Below are positions 21,914 to 34,169 of a stretch of DNA of 64,000 nt, in pieces. Under the pieces are notes generated by a model, which saw nothing but the letters and a program-made list of their open reading frames with translations, searched no databases and was not told the DNA's origin. Positions within the stretch are counted from its first letter, which is position 1. Each line of letters starts with the position of its first letter. Made by a program: the position numbers and the translations under genes. The stretch is from Takakia lepidozioides (Eukaryota; Plantae; Bryophyta). The stretch lies in the NCBI GenBank assembly GCA_030704615.1, contig CM060734.1, positions 58,032,001 through 58,096,000 of the forward strand, in the 5' to 3' direction.

Positions 21914-24005
21914 TTTTGCCTCGATTGTCCCACCATTGACTGGGGTCAGAAAAGTATTCATTCCACAACTTCTCCTCGTCTCAGCTGTTACCTGTTTCTG
22001 GATACTTCCCTGTTGTCACATTGGCAGTACCATGTCAAAGTCGCTCCAAACTATCAAAGGCTCACTCAACCAGCTAACTTGCAAAATTCAACATGAACAT
22101 TTAGGGCCGATTCTGATAAGAGGGAAAAACAGGGTGAAATGTGTTGAAGAAGGTGCCTTCATTACCAGTGCCTGAGTTTATAATTGTGTCGCTGCTGCTG
22201 CGGCTTCTAGTTGACCATCTACCCATGTAGGTTTCTTGTAGCTATTGATCCATCTGGTATATTTCCAGCTTTGGTGATGCAACCATGCACCTCCGATGCC
22301 ATTTTCTAGGGCTGTCAAGCTTGCACACGCACTGTAAACGCACACAAACATGATGTAGTCGAACTTCACCCCTTCCCCCATCATTTGCTTTCAGGTTTCC
22401 AAAGCCCCATACAGCGCTCCTGCTCTGCACACCCTGCAAGCATCACATTCCACAACACCACATCTCATTCAGCCATAGTGTTGAACACTCCCTTGGCATC
22501 CTCAATGCTACCATATTTGGCATACATGGCCACTAGAGCAGTGTTCAGGATGACATCTGGAACAATTGCAGATTTGATCATGTCACCAGGGATCTCTTTG
22601 CCCTTTTCCAGGGCTGCCAGACACACTGCAAACACACACAAACCTTATGTTGGCGGGCTTCACCCTTTCCCCCATCATTTGCTCATAGGTTGGAGCCTCC
22701 ATCCCGCACCCCTACTGTGCATACCCCGCAAGCATCGCACTCCACGACACCACATCTCGTTCAGCCATAGTGTTGAACACTCCCTTGGCATCCTCAATGC
22801 ACCCACATTTGGCATACATGGCCACCAGGGCAAGAGCAATGTTCAGAGCGACATCTGGTAATCTGACAAACATTCTCCTTTTAGAATTGTTCCAGCAAAT
22901 GCCCCAACCCTACTGACTTAGAGGCTGTAGTACCCAAAGCCATGTCCGTTTCCAGAAAATTGTCTGATGAAAAAGAAGTTAGGCATAAAACTTCCCTGGA
23001 CTTATTTCCAGTCTGTGACATGGGGGAGGATATCATGGATGACCTCAAGGGTCTACCCACTCTCGGCACCACACTGGAATTTAAACTAATGGCAGGAATC
23101 CTACCTTTGAATAGCAAATAGAAGCAGAGAGGAAAAGGAGAGTGCAATTGCACCCAACTCAACTTATCACACTAGTTCCTATGGTCGATTGCATCTGCTA
23201 CACTCTGTAATCTGACAGGCATTCACCTTTTAGCCTCGGTTGTCCCAACAGTTACTGGGGTCAGAAAAGTATTCATCCCATAGCTTCTTCTCATATCTGT
23301 TACCTATTTTTGGATACTTAGGGACGACTCTGATAGCAGGGAAATTCAGGGTAAAATATGTTGAAGAAGGTACCTTCATTAGCAGTGGGCCTTGTTCTAT
23401 CAATTGCGCTGCTGCCATTACTGTTTCCAGTTGACCATCTACCCACTCGTAGCCGTTGTGCTATTGAAGAAGGTGCCCCCCCTTCCCCCATCATTTGCTC
23501 ATAGCTCTCCAAAGCCTCCATCCCACGTCCCTGCCGTGCATACCATGCAAGCATCGCACTCCACGACACCACATCTCGTTCAGCCATAGTGTCAAACACT
23601 CCCTTTGCATCCTAGATGCACCCACATTTTGCAAACATGTTCACCAGGGTTTTGTTCAGAATGACATCTGGTATAATTCCAACTCTGAAGATGTCGCCAT
23701 GGACCTCTTTCCCCTAAGCTGCCAGGGCAATTTCAGCTTTGATGATATCCCCATGTACCTCTCGCCCTTCTCCAGGCCGGCTGCCAGGCTTGCACAAGCA
23801 CTGCAAATGCACACAAACATGATGTGCTTCCCCCATCATTTGTTCATAGCTCTCCAAAGCCTCCATCCCACGTCCCTGCCGTGCATACCCTGCAAGCATC
23901 GCACTCCACGACACCACATCTCGTTCAGCCATAGTGTCGAACACTCCTTTGCATCCTAGATGCACCCACATTTTGCAAACATGTTCACCAGGGTATCATT
24001 CAGAA
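21914..24005 (-). pseudogene. Degenerate PLS-class PPR gene fragments interleaved with two OSB/PDF-like WWDNR motifs
   Basis: Repeated ...LVNMFAKCG...VFDTMAERDVVSWSAML.GYA.QG.G.EAL..YEQM..EG...CACASL.ALE.GKEVH; LWNEYFSDPSQWWDNRGK (~21914-21977) and LWDEYFSDPSNCWDNRG (~23230-23290). Confidence 0.85.
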
Positions 24006-24399
24006 AACTCTTCAACTCAGATATTTTTACTGCTACAATATCCTGGTTGACCGGAACAATTGCCTGCACACTGGCTTGTTTCTCTCCATATTCTATCCTT
24101 ACAGTCCCTCGTTTTTTGTGTGGAGGCGATTTCCCTACATCCAAATCAGTACCATCATAGCTTCCAAGCTGATCTTCAAAGTTCCACTCCTCAGATTTAT
24201 TAGAAGTCTGTTTTGTACCAAAATCCTGCACCGCAACCTCAAGTATAGATTTGTCCATTACCAATTACATTTTTCTACAATAAAAACATTACAATAATTC
24301 AATCACTTTCTGAGACCAGCGATTTAAAATGTAACAAAAACTCGGTACAAACCATCATCACGATACTAAGTTGCAGCAACTAATAATTTGTTAAATTAT

Positions 24400-24925
24400 T
24401 TATGGACGCAACCCTTGATGCCGATTCGGACACGCTTCATCTTTGAAGTAAGGTTTCAAAAAGGAAACGTAGAATACTGGATGCACCTTGCTGTTTGCCG
24501 GCAGCTCCAACTCATACACATCCTCATTTATAACCTTCCGGATGCGAAAAGGCCCCGCATACGGAGGTACAAACTTCGGACTCACTTCCGGAGGTAGTTG
24601 AAAATTCTTGATGTTCAACCAGACCTCCGTGCCTACCTCAAACTTAACTTCCCTCCGCTTCCAATTTGTCTGCCATTCATACCGTTTCTTAGCTTTGGCA
24701 ATGTTGTACTTTGCGAGCTCCACAAACGCTCGCGTTCTTTCATTACCGCTGCTGCTGCTGGCTCCTCACCGTCTTGGGTAGCCCAACTTGTCGGCACCAG
24801 AGATGTTTTTCCCTTTGAACCCACTCCAGCTCAAGGTTTCTGGGTTTTAGGCGTTTCTGCCACCATTGTTGAGCATAGCCCCTCAAATAGGTGGGAACCA
24901 CTTCCACCCGATCCTCGTCACTCAA
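24400..24925 (-). pseudogene. Gypsy fragments (integrase GPF/SH3-like tail and gag piece)
   Basis: FEVGTEVWL...YAGPFRIRKVI...YELELP...VHPVFYVSFLKPY; YLRGYAQQWWQ. Confidence 0.8.
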
Positions 24926-25340
24926 CTTGGCTGCGCGGAAATACTGCTCTAGCTCAGATTTCCAACTCTTCTATCTTGGAGTTTCCACCTTGGATAGCTG
25001 AGGGATTGGTGAGTAAAAGCCGCTCAACATTTGGCGACCATACTGGGGAACTAAGTCAAGAACAACAAGATGTGACATGCATCTGGTGGGATCATGGAGG
25101 ATGGAGAATCAAAGAATTCAGAGGAACTTATCAGGAGTAATACTAGAAGTTACCATGTTATCGAAAGTTATCATGATCTACCACGATCTACCATGATTTA
25201 TCATTAGTTACCAAGTTATCGGGAGTTTACCAAATTACCGAGAGTAACTTGGGAAACTGCTCAGGAAGCTTCATTTGGAGGAAAGTTCTCCATCAAGATA
25301 CCTCTTTTGTTTACGGAAGTTTCTCCATCAAGAAACCTTT

Positions 25341-26000
25341 CACTAGAGGAAAAACGCGGAATAACCACTGGCCCTTTAACCACTACTGTCTTTTTCCACT
25401 CTATAAACCACTAGTAACCACTTGCCAGTGGTTAATCCCAATGAAATGCCACGGTGGCATCACAGACAATGGTTGGAAGTGGTTTCAACCACTCAGTAGT
25501 CCACGTGTAATAATTTGTTTTTATTTATTATTATTTATTTGGTAATATATTTTAATTAATAAATATAATATTCCACGTGGACGAGTGCAGTGGTATATTG
25601 TGAGTGGTTATAGACACCTCAGTGATGGGAAGTGGTTGAAACCACTTGCTACTCCACGTGTAATAATTCAAATTTTATTTGTGATTTATGATTTGGAAAT
25701 ATATTTTAATTCATAAATATAATATTCCACGTGGACGGGGACAGTGCACGTTGATCTTGAGTGGTTAAAGACACCTCATTGATTTTGTACCACTTTGACA
25801 GTGAGTGGGTGGTGAAAGATACTACAGTAATTGGAACCACTATTCTAATGGTCGCTCATGAGTGGTTGTCTACACAACAGTGATTGGTACCACTTTTTGG
25901 GTGATACATGAAAAACTTTAAGTGGTTTGTGCAGCTGTGACAGACTTTGAAAAACAGACAAGTGGCCAGACCATTGTGGGATGATGCTAGTGAACAAATG
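25341..26000. repeat. Second CACTA terminus with subterminal repeats
   Basis: CACTAG TIR, ACCACT/AGTGGT motifs, ~150-bp-period duplication at ~25480-25740. Confidence 0.85.
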
Positions 26001-26541
26001 GTTCCAATAATAAATTTTATTCTGAATCTGAAACATATTCGTCACCTTCTAAATCACTTTGCTCAACTGGAATAGCGGTTGGTTGCACAAATGCCGCTTG
26101 AATGGTAGCCACCATAGGCAGGTCTTCTTTATTTAGAGCCGTGGGACCATCTAATGACCTAGGTATTGGTTGATCTGATAAGGTAGACGTCGATTGACAC
26201 CCCACTCATCACCACATGCCTCTCTGTCTTCTGTGAACTGTGCCTTCTCTTTTGCATATTTTTTTGTCACAAAATGGCAACAAGAATGACACATGTTAGC
26301 AATGAAGTATTGCATTACTTAGCAAAAAATACCTAGCATGAATGATACTTTTCAAACCACTGTTTCAAACCACTGGAGGAGTGAGCAGAATGACTTGTAA
26401 ATGAACATGCTCTTCCAACAAGTCACTCACTCAAACATTCCGTTACTACAGCATTGGTTATAATCAGGATGAACCACTAACATTTGTGACTTTGTGGGTG
26501 GTTTGAACTTGATATGAATAAGGTGCAATGAAAAGAAGTAC

Positions 26542-26895
26542 TCACCACACCCAAGGAGCCATGACATTGGTATTGTTCAGCACATACAAAATTTGTATTG
26601 CATCTCTCCCAGTTCCAGTCATGTCCTGCTTTTTGCCGACACCTTCGAAGACCTCGTCCTCAACCCCTTCCTCCGCATTTGCATCCCAAGTCCGCCGTTG
26701 AGTTGCATCAAATGATTGCATATACTCAGTCATGAACCCCATGGCCTCATCCAAAACATACCCTGCAGCTGTACTCCCTTTTGGCTTTGCGTAATTCCTA
26801 ACGTATTCCTTAAGATCTTTCATGTAACGCTCCATGGGATACATCCACCGTGAAGACACTGGATGAACAGTTTTGTTTATCTCCATGGAAGACAT
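26542..26895 (-). pseudogene. CACTA TnpD transposase fragment (DUF4218-like)
   Basis: PVSSRWMYPMERYMKDLKEYVRNYAKPKGS..GY..DEAMGF..EY. Confidence 0.88.
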
Positions 26896-28039
26896 CTATG
26901 TGCTCACTTGTAACCACTAAAATAATTTTTTCTTAAAAAAATCAAAGTGCAAAAGTTTAAAAAAAAACACATCGGCTCGTAAGTGCAGAGTGTGTCGCCC
27001 TGGTGGTTCAGGGTTCAAACCCGCTGCATTACCCCATGTGTGGGATTGTTTGTGACGACGGTATGTCTGGGCGTTGATCCTCCTGTAGGTCTCATGGCCC
27101 ATAAATGAAAGGGGGTTAATTTTCCCCCCTCCTCAAGGGCCTGAGGTTTCCTTTAAAATTTATTAAGGAAAAAAAAACAAAAAGTTGCTTACAGGGTTTG
27201 TAAAAAAGTTAAAAAACTTAAAGAGTTGCCCATCATGTATGTACAATATATACATACTTTTGGGGGTAAATTTCAAATGTGAGCATGTAGCGTACTAGTA
27301 AGGGCTCTTCGTGCGTGTCCCGGGGTCACGGGTTCAAACTCCTCACGTTGTTTTTTTTCTCCTCATGCACTAAGCCCCACTAAGCCCTATCGTTGCTGTG
27401 CACATTAAGTCCTTGTGCAGGTTGGTCTAAGCAGGTCGCGTTTCAATCTCTGCTCGCTTAGCTGCACCATGGTGGTTCTCATGGACAATCCGACATTACC
27501 TGACTACAGACACAAGCAACACACACAAGAGGCCCGTTTGGGTTCATGGTCTGTCAAATCCTCCATGGGTCATGACACAAGGTCGACGACAATGTGGTTA
27601 GGGCACCTTCTTCTTCGACCTATTTCAGCTTGTTTTGCTCTCTCATCAGACTCGGCCCTGAATTTGCAGCACGGAGCAGAGCTCGCATGAGTTTTTTACA
27701 GATCCTTCATGATGGTGGGACAATCGCAATCGCAAGGTGTGGCTTTTTCTTAATGTAGGATGTGAAGAAGTTTGTCCATCCTGCAAATGTGGGCTTTTGA
27801 CTCCTGTTAGTACCATGATTTGGTATTCTTCCTGATGTTTACAAGGTTTTTGGGAGAGTCAGCTTGGTCTTAGCAGGTCGTGTTTCAATCTCTGCTCGCT
27901 TAGCTGCACCATGGTGGTTCTCATGGACCAATGCGATGTTTTTTTTTTCCCTCAAGCACTAAGCCCCACTAAGCCCTATCGTTGTTGCGCACTTAAGTCC
28001 TCGCTGATGTTTACAAGGTTCTTGGGAGAGTCAGCTTGG

Positions 28040-29602
28040 TCCAGGGTATGCACAGCAGGGACGTGGGATGGAGGCTTTGGAGACCTATGAGCAAATGATG
28101 GGGGAAGCACATCGTGTTTGTGTGCATTTGCAATGCTTGTGCAAGCCTGGCAGCCCTGGAGAAGGGCAAGAGGTGCATGGGGATATCATCAAAGCTGGAA
28201 TTGTGCCAAATGTCAATCTGAACACTGCCCTGACAACTTTGGAAAAGGGGAAAGAGGTCCATGGCGTCATCTTCAAAGCTCGAATTGTATCAGATGTCAT
28301 TCTGAACAATACCCTGGTGAACATGTTTGCAAAATGTGGGTGTGTCTAGGATGCAAAGGGAGTGTTCGACACTATGGCTGAACGAGATGTGGTGTCGTGG
28401 AGTGCGATGCTTGCAAGATATGCACGACAGGGACGTGGGATGGAGGCTTTGGAGACCTATGAGCAAAGGATGGGGGAAGCACATCATGTTTGTGTGCATT
28501 TGCAATTCTTGTGCAAGCTTGGCAGCCCTGGAGAAGGGCAAGAGGATATCATCAAAGCTGGAATTGTGCCAAATGTCAATCTGAACACTGCCCTAGCAGC
28601 TTTGGAAATGGGGAAAGAGGTGCATGACGACATCTTCAGAGCTGGAATTGTACCAGATGACATTCTGAACAATACCCTGGTGGACATGTTTGCAAAATAT
28701 TGGTGCATCTAGGATGCAAAGGGAGTGTTCGACACTATGGCTGAACGACATGTGGTGTCGTGGAGTGCAATATGATGTGCTTGCAGGGTATGCACAACAG
28801 GGATGTGGAATGGAGGCTTTGGAGAGCTATGAGCAAATGATGGGGGAAGCACATCATGTTTGTGTGCATTTGCAATGCTTGTGCAAGCCTGGCAGCTGGC
28901 CTGGAGAAGGGCAAAGAGGTGCATGGGGATATCATCAAAGCTGGAATTGTACCAAATGTGAATCTGAACACTGCCTTGGCAGCTTTGGAAAAGGGGAAAG
29001 AGGTCCATGGCGACATCTTCAGAGCTGGAATTGTACCAAATGTCATTCTGAACCATACCCTGGTGGACATGTATGCGAAATGTGGGTGCATTGAGCCTGG
29101 ACGAGGGCAAAGCGATGCATGGGGTATCATCAAAGTTGGAATTGTACCAAATGTCATTATGAACACTGCCGTGGCAGCTCTGGAAAAAAGGGAAAGAGGT
29201 CCATGGCGACATCTTTAGAGCTCGAATTGTACCAAATGTCATTCTGAACCATACCCTGGTGGACATGTTTGCAAAATGTGGGTGCAAAGGGAGTGTTCGA
29301 CACTATGGCTGAACGAGATGTGGTATCGTGGAGTGCGATGCTTGCAAGGTATGCGCGGCAGGGACGTGGGATGGAGGCTTTGGAGACCTATGAGCAAAGG
29401 ATGGGGGAAGCACATCATGTTTGTGTGCATTTGCAATTCTTGTGCAAGCCTGGCAGCCCTGGAGAAGGGCAAGAGGTGCATGGGGATATCATCAAAGCTG
29501 GAATTGTGCCAAATGTCAATCTGAACACTGCCCTAGCAGCTTTGGAAAAGGGGAAAGAGGTCCATGGCGACATCTTCAGAGTTGGAATTGTACCAGATGT
29601 CA
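28040..29602 (+). pseudogene. Tandem array of degenerate PLS-type PPR units
   Basis: About 4-5 similar ~300-400-bp units with shared frameshifts; same unit as 23480-24005 on the opposite strand. Confidence 0.88.
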
Positions 29603-32600
29603 GACCTAGAGTTCCTGAATTCTCAAGAGGTGAGAATGTCTTTGCAAACATCAAATTCAAAGCACACCATTCCAGGAGTTCGTCAAAACAAGTTTCAAGA
29701 GGTGTTGGTGCAGGTATTGGTGCAGACGTCCTGAAAACGTTCTCGAGCTCGGAGCAGAAGATGTAATCACGTGACAATATAAGCTAGAATCATTGAATTG
29801 ACATTGTAAATTTGTATACATGGGGTCTGTGAATACTTCTATACGTTTTGGCCTACAGATGTTTATCATGATTTACGATTACTCTCAACTCATTTTGTAG
29901 CACCTATAATACTCATCACTGATCAATAATATTACACTGATCAATTGTGTATAGTTTTTATACACCAGCATTCCTAGTGACTTGGATTCAAAAGGAATCG
30001 CATTGATTTTCCCAAAAGAAACATTAAGGCCATTGGTCTGTAATTTTTCTATACAAATCTCAATAAAAAGATATTGACTTAGATGTATTTGTGGTTTCTT
30101 TTTGTCTACAATGATCATCAATAAATTTTAAAAATCATCAAAAAAATCATTGGTCGGTTTTATATAATCACAGATTATGGCGATAAGCCCATGGGCTTCA
30201 CCCCGTAACCATGAACACCCTGGGAAATTATGAAATTCAAGGCCCTCCAAGAATACACTAGAAAGATATTTGGAGGTTTTTAAGTTTTTTTAATGGTTTC
30301 TTATAAGACATAGGAATGTTTTGGCATATTTTAGTCATCTCTGTTGTTCGTTGATAATGCTAGTGCTACAAATGTGAAGATGAGGAGCAAAGAGATGAAA
30401 GAAAATATACCATCAATATCATAATTTATAAATTCGTTTTTTATTTCTATATACATTTTGCAATATTTGGAGCGAGCCGTCAGATTGCATTTGAAGAATT
30501 TCTTCCTTGCCTTGTGATGATCCAGTTGGGTCCACCCTGCCATTCCAAGCATGGGAAACTGGAAAGATAAAGAGAAATTTTCTATCATTCCGGGGATAAC
30601 TTTTTAATAGAAAAATATTTTTTCTTAAAGAAAGGGAAAAATCTTGATAAGTGAGTAGACCATGATCTACACTCTGTCAGATCATATAGAGCATGAGAAA
30701 TAATATGCTGCCATTTATCCACAGTAGTACATATTTCAATTGGGGTCAATGGCACAGTCAACCAATTTGTGCCTACTCTACAATTTGTTTTTGTTTTTCT
30801 GACAAAAGGCAGAATCTTATAATCAGAAATTTAAAAAATAAAATAAAATAAAATAATAATTAATCGAAAGGTCAAATTTTAACTACTCCCCAAAATGCTA
30901 CACCTAAATTGAACCTGACCTATTTGAAGCCCGAATCATATCCCCAGATTTGATAATCCTCTCTGGATAATTATGGAAGTAAATAGGTACATAATATGAC
31001 GTGTCTTGTTAGTACGGTAAACCCACATATTGCTATGGATAATGACAACCTCGGACCATCCGATCGTGGATCGGATTGTTGGGGCCTTCACTGTAAGCTG
31101 CTCTTCATAATCCACCGGATAACCACCGGAAAATATTCCGGACTGACTCATACCCTGATAATTGACCCATCACCCACAAGGTGGAATAAGGGAATAAACC
31201 CACATTGGATCCCTACCTACTCCACGAAATATACCACAAAACACTATTTAATAGCCTATATTAGGATATCCACGTGGCGATCCCACACGCCTACTGTCAG
31301 AGCCTTATCCAACCTAGAGCTTGTACATCTCCACAACCACCTGGCGGATCTTGCGACGTTCGATCCATAGCAGTCAACGCATCCCAACCAGTCAACGAAA
31401 ACAGTAGATCATGTACGTTGAAGATACCCTAAACCAGATAGGATTGACAGTCATCATCGGTCGCACAGCACTGACTCATCCATTCATCCACCTGGAGGCT
31501 ACATCGTGCACAGTCGGATGACATTGTTCATTAGGTCGGATTTATTGTTGATTTTCCTTTAATGGAGCTAGGGGTAATACCGAGTAAATGAGATTTGCAC
31601 GGACCCACCGGTAGTCCTTATTTATTTATTTTTAACTGTAGTATGTAACAAAGAGATGTGCGGATGGTGAGGAAAGTGGTCCCGGTTCCGGCACCTGGGT
31701 CAAGCTTATCAAGCTTATTGTGGAATCAAGCTTATTGCGGAATGCCGGATCGGGCATCGCAATGCATGGGATAAATAGATAAGCTGAGTGAGGTGGGGCG
31801 CCGAAAAGTATGGGAGTATGCAGATGAGGGTCAACATTGCGAATTTCTCAAAAATGTCCGGAACCAATAATAACGGGTGCTAGGTCACATCCGCCCCGGT
31901 TGTGGGATGTGCTAAATAAATCGGTCGATCGGCCGATTGCGATAAGCATGTCCTTATCACCGCCCTTATCCTGTGTGATGCCACTCAGCTATCCCTATCC
32001 AGTTAAGACCTTCATTTTCTATTAAATTTTAAGGGTTCCTCTCAGGGTTGTTGATTGATGCTACTACCACATGTTAACTTGCGACATGTGACCATTATGC
32101 GATGTAATGAAAATGTCACGGCCGGACTTACATCTCTTCTGTCCGGATTCTGCTGGGAACATTAGCGAACTAAATTGTACTCCATATTGTCTCATATAAA
32201 TATGTATTTTTTCATATTTTATTATTTCATTTTTATAAAAAGTAGAACACCTGGAAGCACACAAATAAATTGTTTGTTTCCCTGTCTTTAAAAAAAAGAA
32301 AATAGTCAAACTCATTGGTCATCTTGAGTGGCCCGGTGCCTAACTAATTATTTATTTGTTTTTGAATAAATAAGGGGATAGACTCAGCCCAAAAATCAGA
32401 TCTAATCTCCAGAGTAAGCAATTTGGGACTGGTCACTGGAACACTTATGGCCAAATATTGATTTTTGGAATTACTTTTATAGAAAAATAGTAGATAAGTG
32501 GTAGCCGCTTTCTCCCAAAAAAATAATAAAAAAATCTGGAGAATTCCTTAGCAAAGATATAAGTATATACCATAAAAGATAGAGACCAACTCCATACAGG

Positions 32601-34169
32601 CACGATTCCAAGCATCATGTAGGTATTATTTACTATATAATTATGAACTACTTAACACCAAGAAACTGCTTCTGTATTTATAGAACACGATTAAAGTCAA
32701 TATAAGCGGTGGACACGGTAAAAAATAGTAACACGCCGTTTCCATTTTTGCATTTAAAAATTAAAACAAAGAATAAACGGAAAAGAAAAACACATAAACC
32801 CAGATGAAATGAAAACTCCGCGGCGGCGATTGCCGCGTAGCAGTTCTGTCGACCGTACCATATTTGATTTCAAATTGACCAAAACAATTCTGAAAATCAC
32901 AAAATTCAGAAAATGAGGGCTCGCAGGGAGGGCGTGGAGGCGTCCGCCAGAGGTGGGGCGGGTCGTGGCAGGCGGCCATTGGTCCAGATGCGTGCGCAGG
33001 ACGAGTTTCTGGTCGGCGATTGGCGGAGGCGGCGGCAAGGGGGGTAGAGGGCGCATGCAGAGCAGGGGGGGTACACATCAGCTCTGCTCTTATCCAGACT
33101 CTCTCTCCTCTCTCTCTCTCTCTCCTTGTGGGCTTTGTCTTGTTGTATGCATCTCTGTCTGTCTCTCTGGGTCTCTAGACCCGCTTCGCTTCGCTGCTTG
33201 CATGCTTGCCTTGCTGCTCTAGCTCTTGCTCTTGCTCGCTCCTAGCGGATCAACCACGGGGTGGAGGTGGAGGGGGGAGGCAGCCATACCTTGTTCGGCG
33301 GAGGAGCTTCTTCGGCGGCTTCGCTCTTGCTGCGGCGTCTGGGAGAGCGATTTGAGGGCTGTGTTGTCTCAAGCAGGAGTGTGTTTGTGTCCACCATTCC
33401 ATCTTTTCGCTGCTGTCTGTGGCTCTCGACTGGGAGTTTTCGTCTTTTCGAGCCTTTCTTTCACGGGAGTTTGAAGTTAGGTGTGGTTACAGTTTTTGGT
33501 GCTCTTGATCGGGGCCCTCGCTTGCTGCCTCTTCCTCTGTCTGTTGGTTGGGGTGGTTGTGCCGTTCCTGTGCATAGCGGGGTGATCCTGAGGCTACTCG
33601 GCGTTCTGGTTGTGCGTTACAAGCAGAGGTGTGTAAATTTGGTGGACGTGAAGCAAGCTTAATCTTTCTGTTATCTCGCTTTTTCTCGCTGCTGTCGTCC
33701 CCCTTCCGACAGAGGAGGGCGTGATAGTTGGGGCGAGGCCCGTTTGTTTTCGGGGTGCTTTCTGATCTAGATAGCATCGGTAATTCAGCGAGTTCTGCGT
33801 GGGCACACCGGTGGCTTTGCTTCTGTAGGTTTGGGGGCGTTATTACTCCCACCAGTTGTTCCTAATACTTTCTTTGAAACCAAGACTTGCCAATCTATCT
33901 CGGGCGCTTACATTTTCTCGAGCGAGCGAGTGAGCGAGCGAGAGAAGCCCCCTCCGCCTCCTGGCTGACAGACAGTTGTGTTCTTTATTCCGAGCAGTTG
34001 TCAGATTGTGTTACAAACAGTTCCCGTATCTGCATGGCACCAGTTCCTTCAGGCGAACACTCTGTAGTCCATTTGATGTGGAGAGAGCGGTCGTAACAAT
34101 GACAGTAGCCCCTGCGAGCCATGTGAGCTGAGTATTGAGCAAGTTAGAGTGCAGTAAAATCAAGGCACA

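Larger units (their letters stand above)
7608..29602. mobile_element. CACTA (En/Spm) element with captured PPR fragments and a nested Gypsy; its second terminus (25341) has been flipped by an inversion
   Basis: Termini CACTAGAAGAAAAACGTGGAATAACCACT (7608) and CACTAGAGGAAAAACGCGGAATAACCACT (25341); dense ACCACT/AGTGGT subterminal repeats; 3-bp TSD AAA (7605-7607)/TTT (25338-25340) at the same LTR position; TnpA-like and TnpD fragments inside. Confidence 0.85.

Noticed and set aside
26970-27345. tRNA genes (B-box-like GGTTCAAAC at 27012 and 27331; similar motifs near 52815 and 53187)
   Set aside because: I could not fold a convincing cloverleaf; at most degenerate tRNA-derived or SINE-like heads.
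28040-29602. CRISPR-like array or functional PPR gene
   Set aside because: Units are long PPR-coding duplications without unique spacers and carry shared frameshifts and stops.
29770-32750. Gene or defined element in the AT-rich interval before TPS
   Set aside because: Only short ORFs without motifs; I could not establish TIRs or TSDs.
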